A stretch of DNA of 64,000 bases. It comes from Octopus vulgaris (taxonomy: Eukaryota). The stretch is from positions 32,860,001-32,924,000 of the forward strand of contig OX597825.1 in NCBI GenBank assembly GCA_951406725.2, read 5' to 3'. Under the pieces are notes generated by a model. The model was not told where the DNA came from, ran no database searches, and was given only the letters and a program-made list of their open reading frames with translations. The translations under genes were made by a program, and so were the position numbers. Numbering within the stretch: the stretch's first letter is position 1; each line of letters opens with the position of its first letter. Positions 12,839 to 25,947 of this stretch are shown one piece after another.

Positions 12839-12899
12839 ATGCGGCTGACCTCCACATCCGCTTCATTACATATCAATTAGCACACACACACACACAGAC

Positions 12900-12938
<39 letters not shown>

Positions 12939-13191
12939 CATACACTCACACACAGAACAAAGCATACGGATTGGGTGTGCGCTCCTGTTTACAAACAGTG
13001 AAGAATGTACTCAATATTTAAGGTGGAATGTTTAGGAATTATAAGAATTTAAATCTTCTTGGATCGCAGCTTAGTGAAACACCTTACCGATTATTCAAAT
13101 GATTGAGGTATCGCAATAGAAAACTAGAGTAACCATATACGTATATATATACATATATATGCATATGTATATATATATATGTATGTATGTG

Positions 13192-13277
<86 letters not shown>

Positions 13278-13335
13278 CATACATATATATATATATATGC
13301 ATATATATGTATATATATATATATGTATATATGTG

Positions 13336-13376
<41 letters not shown>

Positions 13377-13441
13377 ATATGTATATATATATATATATAC
13401 ATACATACATACATACATACATACATACATACATGCATACA

Positions 13442-13477
<36 letters not shown>

Positions 13478-13831
13478 TATATATAAAATAAAATACACAT
13501 GGGACAAGAACGCAAAATATCCGGACAACTAGATGATACAAAACGGACAACAAAACATCCACATAGACGATACAAAAAAACATGGACAGGTCATTCGAAG
13601 CCTTTTATCTTCAGTCAAAAACCGGATCATACTCGCAATTTCGGCTAATTAATCTTGAGATTGCTTCAATCAGGCCGGCTCCAAGGAAAAACTAAGCTAA
13701 GAGCATTAGATTCATTGGAAAGAAACATCGAATGTATACGAAACAAGGACGGAAAAACGAACGATGTTACAAGAATATAAATACAAAAATAATACAAAAA
13801 ACAATAAAAATAATAATAATAATAATAACAC

Positions 13832-13872
<41 letters not shown>

Positions 13873-13946
13873 ATACATGTTTATACATATATATACACAC
13901 ATTTATATATATATGCATACATATATATGCGTATATACATACACAC

Positions 13947-13986
<40 letters not shown>

Positions 13987-13990
13987 GAGT

Positions 13991-14150
13991 TGCAGAGTAG
14001 TTGTGTGGTAAGAATCTTGCTTCCTAACCGTATGGTTCTGGGTTCAGGCCCTCTGCGTGACACTTTGGGCAAGTGTCTTCTACAATAATTTTGGGTTGGC
14101 CAAAGCCTTGTGAGTAGATTTGGTAGACAGAAACTGAAAGAAGCCCGTTG
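13991..14150 (+). mobile_element. SINE family B head
   Basis: Similar to 614-767. Confidence 0.8.
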
Positions 14151-14151
14151 T

Positions 14152-14249
<98 letters not shown>

Positions 14250-14420
14250 TAAATTTATAGAAAAGCAAAGACGAAGACAGGTTTAGGAACAACAAGCAAG
14301 TGTAATATTTTGACACTCAGGAAAAATGGAATAATCCTTTACGTTTCGAGACTACGCTCTTCGACAGAAAGGATCAAGAGGAAATAAATAGAAAGAGAAT
14401 GAAACAAATACGTGTAGAGG
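14250..14420 (-). mobile_element. Family E module with HHR-like motif (14334-14374, core CUGUCGA)
   Basis: Minus strand: atccttt-CTGTCGA-a-gagcgtagtctc-GAAACGT-aaaggat. Confidence 0.6.
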
Positions 14421-14777
14421 GAAAAAGGAAGAAAAAAAAGTTAAAAAGGAGCGAGAATGACAAAATATTAGCGTACGGAGTTTAAAAGTTCAGAAAGTTC
14501 TGAAAATTCACAAGTCGTGATAGATTAGAGCGATTTACATCAACGAAGATAGCCAGTGAAATCTGTGACGGTATAAATGTGTATGTGTGAGTTTCTGTAT
14601 TTGCTCCCTAGACCCAATTGACAACCGGTTTTAGTGTGTTTACGTTCCCGTAACTTAACGGTTCGGCGAAAAAGACCGATAGACTGAATATCAGGCCTCA
14701 AGAAAATACAAAAAAGAACAGTGGGGCCAATTCATTTGACTAAAAATTATTCAAGGTAGTGCCCCAGCATGGCCGCA

Positions 14778-14955
14778 GCCATTTCGTCTGCCGCTACGTT
14801 CTGAGTTCAAATTCCGCCGAGGTTGACTTTGCCTTTCATCCTTTCGGGGTCGATTAAATAAGTACCAGTTACTGAGGTCGATATAATCGACTTAACCCGT
14901 TTGTCTGTCCTTGTTTGTCCTCTGTGTTTAGCCCCTTGTGGGTTGTAAAGAAAAG
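14778..14955 (+). mobile_element. 5'-truncated SINE family A fused to a family C tail
   Basis: catttcgtctgccgctacgttctgagttcaaattccgccgaggttgactttgcctttcatcctttcggggtcg... Confidence 0.8.
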
Positions 14956-15195
14956 GAATGTTTGTGTGTGCTTCTGTTTGTTGGTACCCCTTTTTTGCTT
15001 GATAACCAGTGTTGGTTTGTTTACGTCCAATAACTTAACGATTCAGCAAAACAAAAAGAGATCGATAGAATAACCATCACACTTTAAGAAATAAGCTCTG
15101 GGGATCGATTACATTCGATTAAACCCTTCAAAGCGGTTCCCAAGCGAGGCAACGGTTAAATAACGGAAACAAGTAAAAGGGAAGACATACCTGTT

Positions 15196-15592
15196 ACTTT
15201 TACTTGTTTCAGTCATTAGATTGCGGTCATGCTGGAGCACCGCCTTGAAGAAATCTTAGTCAAATGAATCAACCACAGTTGATTCAAGCCTGTTACTTAT
15301 TCTATCGGTATGTTTTGCTGAACCGCTAAGTCACGGGGACGTAAACACCACATCACGGGTTTTCAAGCGCTGGTGCGGGACAAACACAGACACACACACA
15401 CACACACACACAACACACAGACTAATAAACTAACAGGAACCCGTCGTCCGTCTACCAAATCCACTCACAAGGGTTCTGTCTGCTCGAGGTTATAATAGAA
15501 GACACTTGTCCTCGGTGGGCAATCTGGTGTGGGGTGAAACCCCAAATCATATAGTGGGAAGCAAAGTCCTTACCACACAGCTATACCTGCGC
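15196..15592 (-). mobile_element. Full-length SINE B (head, (TG)n linker, C tail)
   Basis: Same bipartite layout as 63031-63450. Confidence 0.75.
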
Positions 15593-15662
15593 CAAGAGAA
15601 TAAATTAAGGAAAAGGCTTTCCTTTTTCCATTATCTTCCAGCCGTAATATAAAAATTCTTGA

Positions 15663-16068
15663 TGGCGGCGAGCTGGCAGAAACGTTAGCAGAAACGTTAG
15701 CAGAAATGCGTAGCCGCATTTCGTCTGCCGTTACGTTCTGAGTTCAAATTCCGCCGAGGTCGACTTTGCCTTTCATCCTTTCGGGGTCGATAAATTAAGT
15801 ACCAGTTACGCACTGGGGTCGATATAATCGACTTAATCCGTTTGTCTGTCCTTGTTTGTCCCCTCTGTGTTTAGCCCCTTATGGGTAGTAAAGAAATAGG
15901 TATTTCGTCTGTCTTTACGTTCTGAGTTCAAAGTCCGCCAGGTCGACTTTGCCTTTCATCCTTCCGGGGTCGATAAATTTAGTACAAGTTGCGTACTGGG
16001 GTCGATCTAATCGACTGGCCCCCTCCCCCTAAAATTTCGGGCCTTGTACCTAAAGTAGAAAAGAAAAG
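15663..16068 (+). mobile_element. Dimeric SINE family A with 17-bp TSD
   Basis: TSD aatataaaaattcttga at 15646-15662 and 16069-16085. Two gagttcaaa B-box plus gcctttcatcc(t/c)tcggggtcgataaatt cores. Confidence 0.9.
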
Positions 16069-16805
16069 AATATAAAAATTCTTGAATCTTAGATTACGTC
16101 GTTCGATAAACTGTAATACTTTCCATACTTTAAACGATGGTCATTTTGGAATCCGTCTCATCTCAACAGATAAGATCCTGACATCTCTCTCTATCTATCT
16201 CTCTCTCTCTCCCTCCCTCCCTCCCTCTCTCTCTCCCCCTCTCTCTCTCTCTCTCTCTCTCTCTTCCCCCCTCGTTAGTCATAATGTTGCAGACTACTTT
16301 CTGATAAATTCCACACGAGATCATTCATGCATAAATTTCAATGTCCCTCAATAGATTTCTCTACAAGAATGTTCCGCTCCGCTTCTCTGTGTGTGTTACA
16401 ATAACAAAAACAAAAACAAAAACAAAAAAGAAAAAAAAAATGGGACCTGGCCGAGGTTATTAATCTCCATGTTGTATTCGTTATGGGTTCAGTCTAGTGT
16501 AGGCCATAAATTAAACAGTGTTCAGTCATGCATTTGTCATTGATTGCTCATTCCTATTTTACAACTTGTTGCCATACACACACACACATACACACACACG
16601 CATACTCACACACACACGTGCGCAGGCGCGCACATGTATGTGTGTAGGTATGCATCTCTTCATCCAAAGAAATCGTTTTTCACACCAGCACAGAACTGTC
16701 TGGTTAGCATGAAATTAATGTCTGAAGTTACGGATTCGATGAATAAAAAAAATTACTCACACATAATCGTGCACGCGCGCCGTGCGTGTGTACATATATT
16801 GTTAG

Positions 16806-17034
16806 GAGGTGAGCTGGCAGAAACGTTAGCACGCCGGGCGAAATGCGTTGCCGTATTTCGTCTGCCGTTACGTTCCGAGTTCAAATTCCGCCAAGGTCGA
16901 CTTTGCCTTTCATCCTTCCGGGGTCGATAAATTAAGTACCAGTTACGCACTGGGGTCGATGTAATCGACTTAATCCCTTTGTCTGTCCTTGTTTGTCTCC
17001 TCTGTGTTTAGTCCCTTGTGGGTAGTAAAGAAAT
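16806..17034 (+). mobile_element. SINE family A with 12-bp TSD
   Basis: TSD atatattgttag at 16794-16805 and 17035-17046. tRNA-like head; the core gcctttcatccttccggggtcgataaattaagtaccag resembles the segment shared by Sauria/Meta-domain SINEs (from memory). Confidence 0.9.
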
Positions 17035-17059
17035 ATATATTGTTAGATGTTAGATATGC

Positions 17060-17119
<60 letters not shown>

Positions 17120-17854
17120 GCATACATACATACATACATACATGCATGCATACATACATAAATGCATACATACATACAAACGTAGATCCATAGATACATA
17201 CATACATACACACATATATATATATACATATACGGTGCTCCAGCATGGCCACATTCAAATGACTGAAGCAAGTAAAAGAGTATATGTATACACATACATG
17301 TTTTTCGTTAGACAATGAGCGCTTAATTGAATTGCCGTCTTGTTGAATTTTTACTCGAGAATTATATTTAATACACGCGCGCGCGCACACACACACTTGG
17401 TGTTTACTGTTTCTCCTCACTCAGCCAGATGTTACGACACACGTCTCCCCAGAAACATCTTCTAAGAGATGAGAATTGTAACAGCTGGTCCTAATAAACC
17501 TAAACTGTCCTTACTACGATTGCCTGACCTATATATATTTATAGAGAGATCTTATTGTTATTTCAAATCGGCGATAAGTTACCAAAATGGTTCAGTAACT
17601 GAGTTTCATATTGTCTCCCACGAAACTCTCAATTCTCGAATTACTTTCGTAACCTTTTGTCAACTAAAAATGATAAAGAAGATATAGATATATATTTATC
17701 TTCTTTATCATTTTTGAGAGGCAAAAGTGGAAGAGCGTAGGCTCGAAACGTTAAAGACTTTTTCACTTCCCGAGCGTTATACTAATACATCTGTTTGTTG
17801 ACTACACTCCTGTCTTCGTCTTTTGTATTTTTGTGAATTCTCCCTATATATATA

Positions 17855-18258
17855 CATATTAAAATACTGAGGGTAGAAATTGATATCAATCAATTAATAT
17901 CGATTTAAACCAGTGGTCTACTATATCAAAAGAATCCGAAGATTTAAAAATTATAGTACAATTAATAAGAGGAATGACCACTAAAGTGGTTTCCTATACA
18001 CTAGAAATAGACGTCAAATCGCCTTACCACAAAGAGTGTGTTCTCAAGAAAAAAAAAGCAAACGCCATAATGTAAAAAATAAGCAAGGCAAATGAAGAAT
18101 TCAAATTTTTATTTGCCTTGCTAATTTTTTACATTTTGGCGTTTGCTGGGTTTTTGTTTTTCTTGAGAACACACTCTTTGTGGTAAGGCGATTTGACGTC
18201 TATTTCTAGTGTATAGGAATCCACTTTAGTGGTCATTCCTCTTATTAATTGTAATTAT
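17855..18258. mobile_element. Family G fold-back module; about 300 bp near-perfect palindrome 17957-18253
   Basis: gaggaatgaccactaaagtggtttcctatacactagaaatagacgtcaaatcgccttaccacaaagagtgtgttctcaag and its reverse complement at about 18163-18245. Relatives at 29240-29497 and 57085-57185. Confidence 0.85.
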
Positions 18259-18274
18259 ATATATTATATATATT

Positions 18275-18778
18275 ATATAGGAAAAGCAGAAGTTGAAAAT
18301 GCACTGAGAATAGTTAGAATATTTTTGTTATTATATAACCCTTTTTATTATTTCACTGACGTAGCGGGAAACGTACAGACGGTTCTGAACTTAATCACAT
18401 TTTCATTGTCTACAAACACTTCACAGAAAACATTCAGAGCATTGATTGTTACACACGGATGTAGCGGAAATCTTTCAAAAATTTCTAAGACCAGTCATGT
18501 GACTATCCTCTACCAATCAACCCTATTCAAAACATATATATATATTTGACCCTTGAACTCCCTATAAAGATTGGGCAAGCTTCAATCACTAGTCGGAAGC
18601 AAAACAGCTGCGGCATAAGCCACGTTTTTCTATTTAAAATTTTTGAAAACCAGCGTAAACTACTGTGAAACCGGTTAAATCTTTAAATATAATACTAAAA
18701 AATATTTTAACCATTCTCAATACATTTTCAACTTCTACTTTTCTTATATTTCCACCCGTGTGGAATAAAATAACTTTG

Positions 18779-18780
<2 letters not shown>
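18275..18780 (+). mobile_element. Module with inverted terminal arms and U3-A8 HHR variant (18639-18680)
   Basis: Arms 18275-18337 / 18685-18749; attt-TTGAAAA-c-cag-cgtaaacta-ctg-t-GAAA-CCGG-TT-aaat. Confidence 0.65.
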
Positions 18781-18845
<65 letters not shown>

Positions 18846-18884
18846 GCATGTATGTATGTATGTATGTATGTATGTATGTATGTA

Positions 18885-18922
<38 letters not shown>

Positions 18923-18929
18923 CATATAC

Positions 18930-18978
<49 letters not shown>

Positions 18979-19020
18979 TACGTGTGTGTGTGCATATATA
19001 TATACATGTATATATATATA

Positions 19021-19225
19021 TTCAAAATGTGACCGCGTGTGTACCGTTGGCGATTTTTTTCCCTCCGTCTTCCCTTCTCTGGATCTTTCCTTTTCCTATG
19101 TTTCTGACGAAGAACTCCGCTCGAAACGTTAAACCCTCCTTCTTCCCTTCCTGAGCGTCCAATAATACTATATTTGTTCCACGTCCTCGCGTTTTCTCTT
19201 TGTGTTTTCATGTTTGGATTAACTT
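19021..19225 (+). mobile_element. Family F module with HHR (19100-19134, core CUGACGA)
   Basis: gttt-CTGACGA-a-gaac-tcc-gctc-GAAA-CG-TT-aaac; copies at 29497-29705 (+) and 33300-33495 (-). Between (TA)n tracts. Confidence 0.7.
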
Positions 19226-19237
19226 TATATATATATA

Positions 19238-20385
19238 TATACATAAGGTGAATAAAGTTAAAACATGTTCAGGTTTTTCACGATTTTTATTATGGTATTT
19301 TGACATTAAAAAAATATTTTGTAATGTTCATAAAGTTCAATTATAAGACTTATAGAACTCAAAGGATTTCTGCTCAAGCAAAATTACCCTCTCCTACTTA
19401 AAGAAAATAGAATACAACGAGCAAACGAGATACTTGTATAACAGCTTAGGGCAACACGAAAATGATGGAACACAATATCATTTTTAGTAATACACAATTC
19501 GCATCACCAAAGCATTTTAAACATCATTTAAAACAAATTTCCCAATCATAAAACAAAGTGAAAATTTTTAAAAAACATAACTAATCAAACATTTATCTTA
19601 AGCAAAAGGCAACCACGTAACCTAAAGAAACTATTTACAAAGGCAAAATTCAACATGAACAAACAGGATAAAACATTCACAGTATCCAAGTGTAATGATG
19701 ACAGATGTGGAACGTGTCAATACATGCTTCCTGGTAGATCCACTAGAACAAAAAATGGACAGAGTTTCGCAAATGTTGATATAATCTACAAAAGCAGAAA
19801 TTTGATCTACTGCATTAAATGTCCGAATTGCAAGGAACTATATATAAGTAAGACAGGGAATGCATTATCGGAAGGCTCACTAGTCCACAGACAACAAAAC
19901 CGGAACACTAACGTTTGACAAGTTCCATTGAGCGAACATATAGAAACATGTGAGCAGAAAATGTTTCTAATTCTTCCTTTCCGCAAACAACTTGACACAA
20001 ATGAGGTTGGAAGAAAGATAAAGGAAAAACAGTTTATTAAACTGTTCAAACCTGTTCTGAACGGAAAGAGCAACAATAATATAACAGCGAGTAAAAGATG
20101 TGGATTAAAAAATATCTTTAACATATCAAAATATCGGTATGCCAGGCAACCATGACGTTTAAGCTGCGTGCAGATTGGTCTTCTTGGAGCGTTTTCAGAG
20201 GTACTACAGCTGTCAAGAACTCAACAGTCAGTTAAATACATTTTGAAATCTGATGATTACTAAGAACATATGAAAGCGCTAATTGAACTTTATGATCATT
20301 ACAAAATATTTTTTAATGTTAAAATACCATAATAAAAAAAGGGAAAACCAGATCATGTTCTCACTTTATTCAACTGATATATAAT
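19238..20385 (+). mobile_element. 5'-truncated Penelope-like element with inverted terminal repeat (about 105 bp) and HHR
   Basis: IR about 19238-19343 / 20280-20385. GIY-YIG relic inside; HHR-like motif at 20247-20284. Confidence 0.85.
19480..20155 (+). pseudogene. Penelope-like GIY-YIG endonuclease, disrupted
   Basis: SKRQPRNLKKLFTKAKF...KCNDDRCGTC...NLIYCIKCPNCKELYISKTG...HRQQ...*QVPLSEHIETC...KEKQFIKLFKPVLN; in-frame TGA at 19916-19918; YIG degraded to YIS. Confidence 0.9.
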
Positions 20386-20433
20386 TCTATACACATCCAC
20401 AGAAATTTGGAAAAAGCGTGAGTGTGTGTGTGT

Positions 20434-20501
<68 letters not shown>

Positions 20502-20749
20502 GTGTGTGTACGTATGCTGGATTTCGACACACTTCACATAAAGCTAGAAGGAATAGCATGGAAGTATTGCTTTGAAAAACTTTTTGGGTAGAAGTCGTAA
20601 GTTTCCCCTGGGATTGGAACCCACACGAGAGTTTTTCAACCCAGTCTTTACATACTATTCTCTACAACTTTATACAATGGGCTTCTCAAAAATGTATAAA
20701 CTTCTTATGACATCAGCAACATAAATAGACATATATATATATATGTATA

Positions 20750-20985
<236 letters not shown>

Positions 20986-21634
20986 ATGGATGAATGGATG
21001 GATGGATATTATAGCCTGCCACATATCAATTCGTTCCGTATAAGAATAAGCTCTAAAACAATTTATGATTTATAAACCCTATAAAAACATGTCTCACGTA
21101 GTAACAGAACGTAATTTCGTCTTTGTCTGTTCTGATTTGGTTTCAGTTGAGTCAGTCATAACCACGCGTGTCCTCTCAAGCGGAAAGCAATTTTACTATT
21201 ATAAATAAACCTTAGGAATATATATTATTATATCGAAATAATTCGTTCATTTACTTTCTTTCTGATGTGTGTTAGGTCGTTGGTTTTACTCGTATACTAA
21301 TTATGAAAGCCACATGACCAAATGATTTATTATCTGGCGAACTTCAAAGCGGATAAAAAAGAAAATTCAGTTCTAATGCTTGCGATACGTTCAATGAAAC
21401 GCTGTGTAATAAACAATGAGCCAACCACGCAGACGACCGATGCTGTTTGCTCCCGTTTAAACTTTTTAAAATGGTTTATTATTTGTTTCTAAGACTTACT
21501 GTGAAAAATTGCTTTTACGTATATGTTTATGAATATTAGTTACCACGTATCCTCATGTGCAGACATACACACGCACACGCGCTTGTTTATATATAAGTAT
21601 ATACATATATATAGATATATGTATGTATGCATGT

Positions 21635-21705
<71 letters not shown>

Positions 21706-21838
21706 CACACACACATATATATATATATACACACACACATATATATATATATACATACATACATACATATACATATAAAGGTATGCAAGTTCGTATGTCG
21801 ATGTATACGTCTGCATATACATGTATATGTATGTACAA

Positions 21839-21869
<31 letters not shown>

Positions 21870-22374
21870 TACATATATATATTTACATATACATATATAT
21901 GTATATAATTATGCATATATGTATGTATGTATGCACGTACGTATGTATGTATATATATGTATGTAGGCATGGTTGTATATATGGCTGCATGTATGTATCT
22001 ATTTGTGTATATACATATGTAAGCATGCATGTATGCATGTACGTATGTATGTATGTGTTCGGTGTTTCTGCTACCAACATATTTGTACGATCGAACTTAA
22101 AACGAAACCTACCACATTTATTGTTATAGCAATGCGACAACTAATATAATTATGTTTGCCAAACCTGTTGAAGATGAATGGACGCCGACACAAATGTACA
22201 GGATCATAAAAAAAGGGAGAGAAGCAGTGTTAGTGAATTTGGCCAATGCGTCTCACGGGTTAATGCAGTTTCAGGAAACGTGGAACGTAAGCAGACATTT
22301 GCGTCTCGTCATGTTACTACACCACAAATACCAACTCATGTATCATATCGTTCCGAAGAGGAAAAAAGACAGTA

Positions 22375-22540
22375 TGCGCAGGTATGGCTGTGTGGTATAC
22401 TTCTCAAGTTAGATGCTCAACCACATGGTTCTGGGTTCAGTCCTACTATATGGCACCTTGGGCAAATATCCTCTGTTATAGCTCCTGACCATACAAAATC
22501 TTGTGGATTTGGTAGGCAGAAGCTGAAAGAAGCCGGTGGG
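22375..22540 (+). mobile_element. SINE family B head
   Basis: gcaggtatggctgtgtggta...ggttctgggttcagtcc...tggcaccttgggcaaa. Confidence 0.75.
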
Positions 22541-22999
22541 ATATAATGTGTACTTATACATATATATGGGAGTGTGATCACATTTTGTTTGTTAATGATT
22601 GGATGTCGTCTTGTTTAGAGTTTCCGTGCTGTTCAGAAGTCAGGTTGGTAGAATCGTTAGTGTGATATTTGTTCCGCCTCTCTCCCTTACGCTCTCTGCT
22701 CAACACTGGAGGTATATTGCGTTTTTAGAATGCAGAGAGCCAGAAGAAATACTGCAAGACATCACATTTGACTTATAATCCACTGCGCAATGCCAGCACT
22801 TTTAATCCAACGACTCCGAACTGATAAAAGGTGAAGTAGATCTCAGCGGAATTTGAACGTAGAACGTAGAGACCGGAAACAAATACCAGAAACCACGTCA
22901 TGTGACTTATAATCCACTGCCCTAGACTCTGAATGGATAAGAGACTAAGGTGAGATAAATGAATTTCGAACTCAAACTAAAAAAGCTAGCATAAATACC

Positions 23000-23231
23000 T
23001 ATTTCTTTATTACCCACAAGGAGCTAAACACAGAGCGGACAAACAAGGACAGACATAGGTATTAAGTCGATTACATCGACCCCAGTACGTAACTGGTATT
23101 TAATTTATCGACCCCGAAAGGATGAAAGGCAAAGTCGACCTCGGCGGAATTTGAACTCAGAACGTAACGCAGACGAATTACCGCTAAGCATTTCACCCGG
23201 CGTGCTAACGTTTCTGCCAGCTCGCCGCCTT
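23000..23231 (-). mobile_element. SINE family A with 16-bp TSD
   Basis: TSD agctagcataaatacc at 22984-22999 and 23232-23247. Confidence 0.9.
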
Positions 23232-23971
23232 AGCTAGCATAAATACCACGAGGTATTGAACGCTTTAACAATTACACCATCTTTTCCCCATGTAAAAAAA
23301 AGCAAACCATAATAGCTGCAGATATTTAAATTTACAGAATGACCAGAAAAATATAAGATATCGGTTATAAAATCTTAACTCACAATGTATTTATTATCAG
23401 CTAACACTGCTATATAGCACAAAGAAGTGATGCAGATAAAATAAAACTCTTATGAATAATGGATATAACAATAAACTCCTGGTCACAATTATCTTTGAAT
23501 TCAAAAATAGCAAATGCCCAACACAAATAAACTCCATAAAAGACAATATTGTTTAATACGAAATTTCAAAAATTTATATAACACAATAATAAAAAAAAAA
23601 AAAAAACAAGAGGTAAGGATTATATTTAAGATCAATAAATTTTCTAAGACACAACTTACTTCAGTTTCAAAACACGATGTTAGAGCGAGTCTGTTGCCAA
23701 ACAAGTCCAACGTTAAATTAATTTTCGTTGTGTCTTGGGAACGTTAAAAGAAAATCAAACCAAAAAATACAGAGAAAGGACACCAACTTTATTGTTAATG
23801 CCTTCGTTGAACATATTTTACAGTGTGTGTGTGTGTGTGTGTGTGTGTGCATTTGTTTTTGTTCGCTTGCAAGATGGGTACGTCTGTTTACATACACATA
23901 TAAATCAGAGTCTAATGGTATATAATAATACTAATTCGCTTCAGCCATATTAAATAGGTTCTTCTCTCTTA

Positions 23972-24032
<61 letters not shown>

Positions 24033-24089
24033 GCATACACACTCTTTCTCTCACACCCTCTCTCTCTCTTTTTCTCTCACGCTTCCCAT

Positions 24090-24122
<33 letters not shown>

Positions 24123-24649
24123 GTATGTATTCATATATATATATATATATGCGTATATATATGTAATACACATATATATATATAAACACATGCATACATA
24201 CATACATATATATAGGTGTGTGTGTGTGTGTGTCTGCGTGCGTGTGTGTGAATGCGTATGTGTGTGTGCAGTGTGTGTGTATATATATATGTATATATAT
24301 AGAGAGAGAGGGGGGAGAGAGGGGGCATAAAACATTTGTAAACAAATGAAGATGGAAATGGTCTCCCTGCATGTCCTTTGAATGAAAGCCTAATTGTCGT
24401 CTTGAAATAATAAAGGTTTTAAAAAAGATCGCTTTACAATTGTTTAGAGACAACTGATTCCATTACCTCGCTCATTATGCTAAGTAACAATATTGATCGG
24501 TAACGAACGGATCTCTTCAGTGAATCGAGTTTATATCATATATAATAATAAATATTCGACTAAAATATTTTTAAGGCGGTCCTCCCAACATGGCCGCTGT
24601 CTCATGACTTGAACAAGTAAAAAAGAAGGGGGTATATGTATATATGTAT

Positions 24650-24865
24650 TCGTTTCAAATTTTGGTATAGGGCCAGGAGTTTTAGGGGAATGGACTAGTC
24701 GATTACATCGACCCCAGTGCTCGACTGGTACTTATTTTATCGACCCAGAAAGGACGAAAGGCAAAGACGACCTTGGCGGAATTTGAACTGAGAACTCAAA
24801 GACGGACGAAATTCCGCTAAGCATTTTGCCAAACGTGCTCACGATTCTGCCAGCAAGTCGCCACT
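24650..24865 (-). mobile_element. SINE family A (alternative tail)
   Basis: gtcgattacatcgaccccagtgc...gaaaggcaaagacgaccttggcggaatttgaact...gattctgccagc. Confidence 0.8.
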
Positions 24866-25003
24866 TACACACACACACAAACACACACACAGTAATGTTT
24901 GTTTTTATTTTTTACTAAAAACAATTTCACATTAAACTGAAGGATTACTCAATACATTTGGTGGAGTAGAAATTTATTATTCTTTAGCAAGAATAGCGTT
25001 GAA

Positions 25004-25044
25004 AGCGACTTCGAAGTTTCGAGCGGATGAGCGATCATCGGACT
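25004..25044 (-). ncRNA. Degenerate HHR-like motif (core CCGAUGA, palindromic stem III ACTTCGAAGT, GUC site)
   Basis: Minus strand: agt-CCGATGA-tcgctcatccgctc-GAAA-CTTCGAAG-TC-gct; stem II poorly paired. Confidence 0.45.
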
Positions 25045-25367
25045 GTAAGTCATTGAAGCTCCTCTTGGCTTCATATAATCTCTGTTAAATTAAAATATTC
25101 TATGGAAATCTGAGTTCTGTTCAATGGTATGTAGGTAGGATGTTGTGGTGGCAAGATGGTATGGAGAATTGTTATTGATTAAAATTGGGGAAGTGCTAAT
25201 TATTTAGAATTTATTCATGAATGTAGAGTTTTGTAATTAGGTGTTTATGTTTAGGTATGACAACTTCCTATGCGTTGCAGTCCGAATATGGCTGAGCTGG
25301 ACGAAATTTCAAAAGTCACTGTCAAAACCATTCTTGTTAGGGAATAGCCATACTGAGTCGAACAAAT

Positions 25368-25530
25368 CTTACCGACATTATTTACGTTATTTACATTTGA
25401 CGGATATTTGTCTCCATCTTGTTTGTTGTTAACACAACATTTCGGCTGATATACCCTCCAGACTTCATCAGGTGTCTTGGGAAAATTTCGAACCTGGATT
25501 CTCATTCCTAAGATATTTTCAATGTTGTTG

Positions 25531-25592
<62 letters not shown>

Positions 25593-25595
25593 TTT

Positions 25596-25636
<41 letters not shown>

Positions 25637-25650
25637 TATTATTATCATTA

Positions 25651-25728
<78 letters not shown>

Positions 25729-25860
25729 TTATCATCATCATCATCATTATTATTATTTAGGTCACTGGCTGGAATCGAACTCGGAATCTTGGGGTTAAGA
25801 GCGCGGGCTACTAACCCCAAGTTCGATTCCAGACACTAACCTGAATACTACTACTACTAC

Positions 25861-25947
<87 letters not shown>

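Noticed and set aside
25770-25835. tRNA gene
   Set aside because: Only partial tRNA-like head without a complete acceptor stem; belongs to a SINE-like element. Same for family A, B and D heads.
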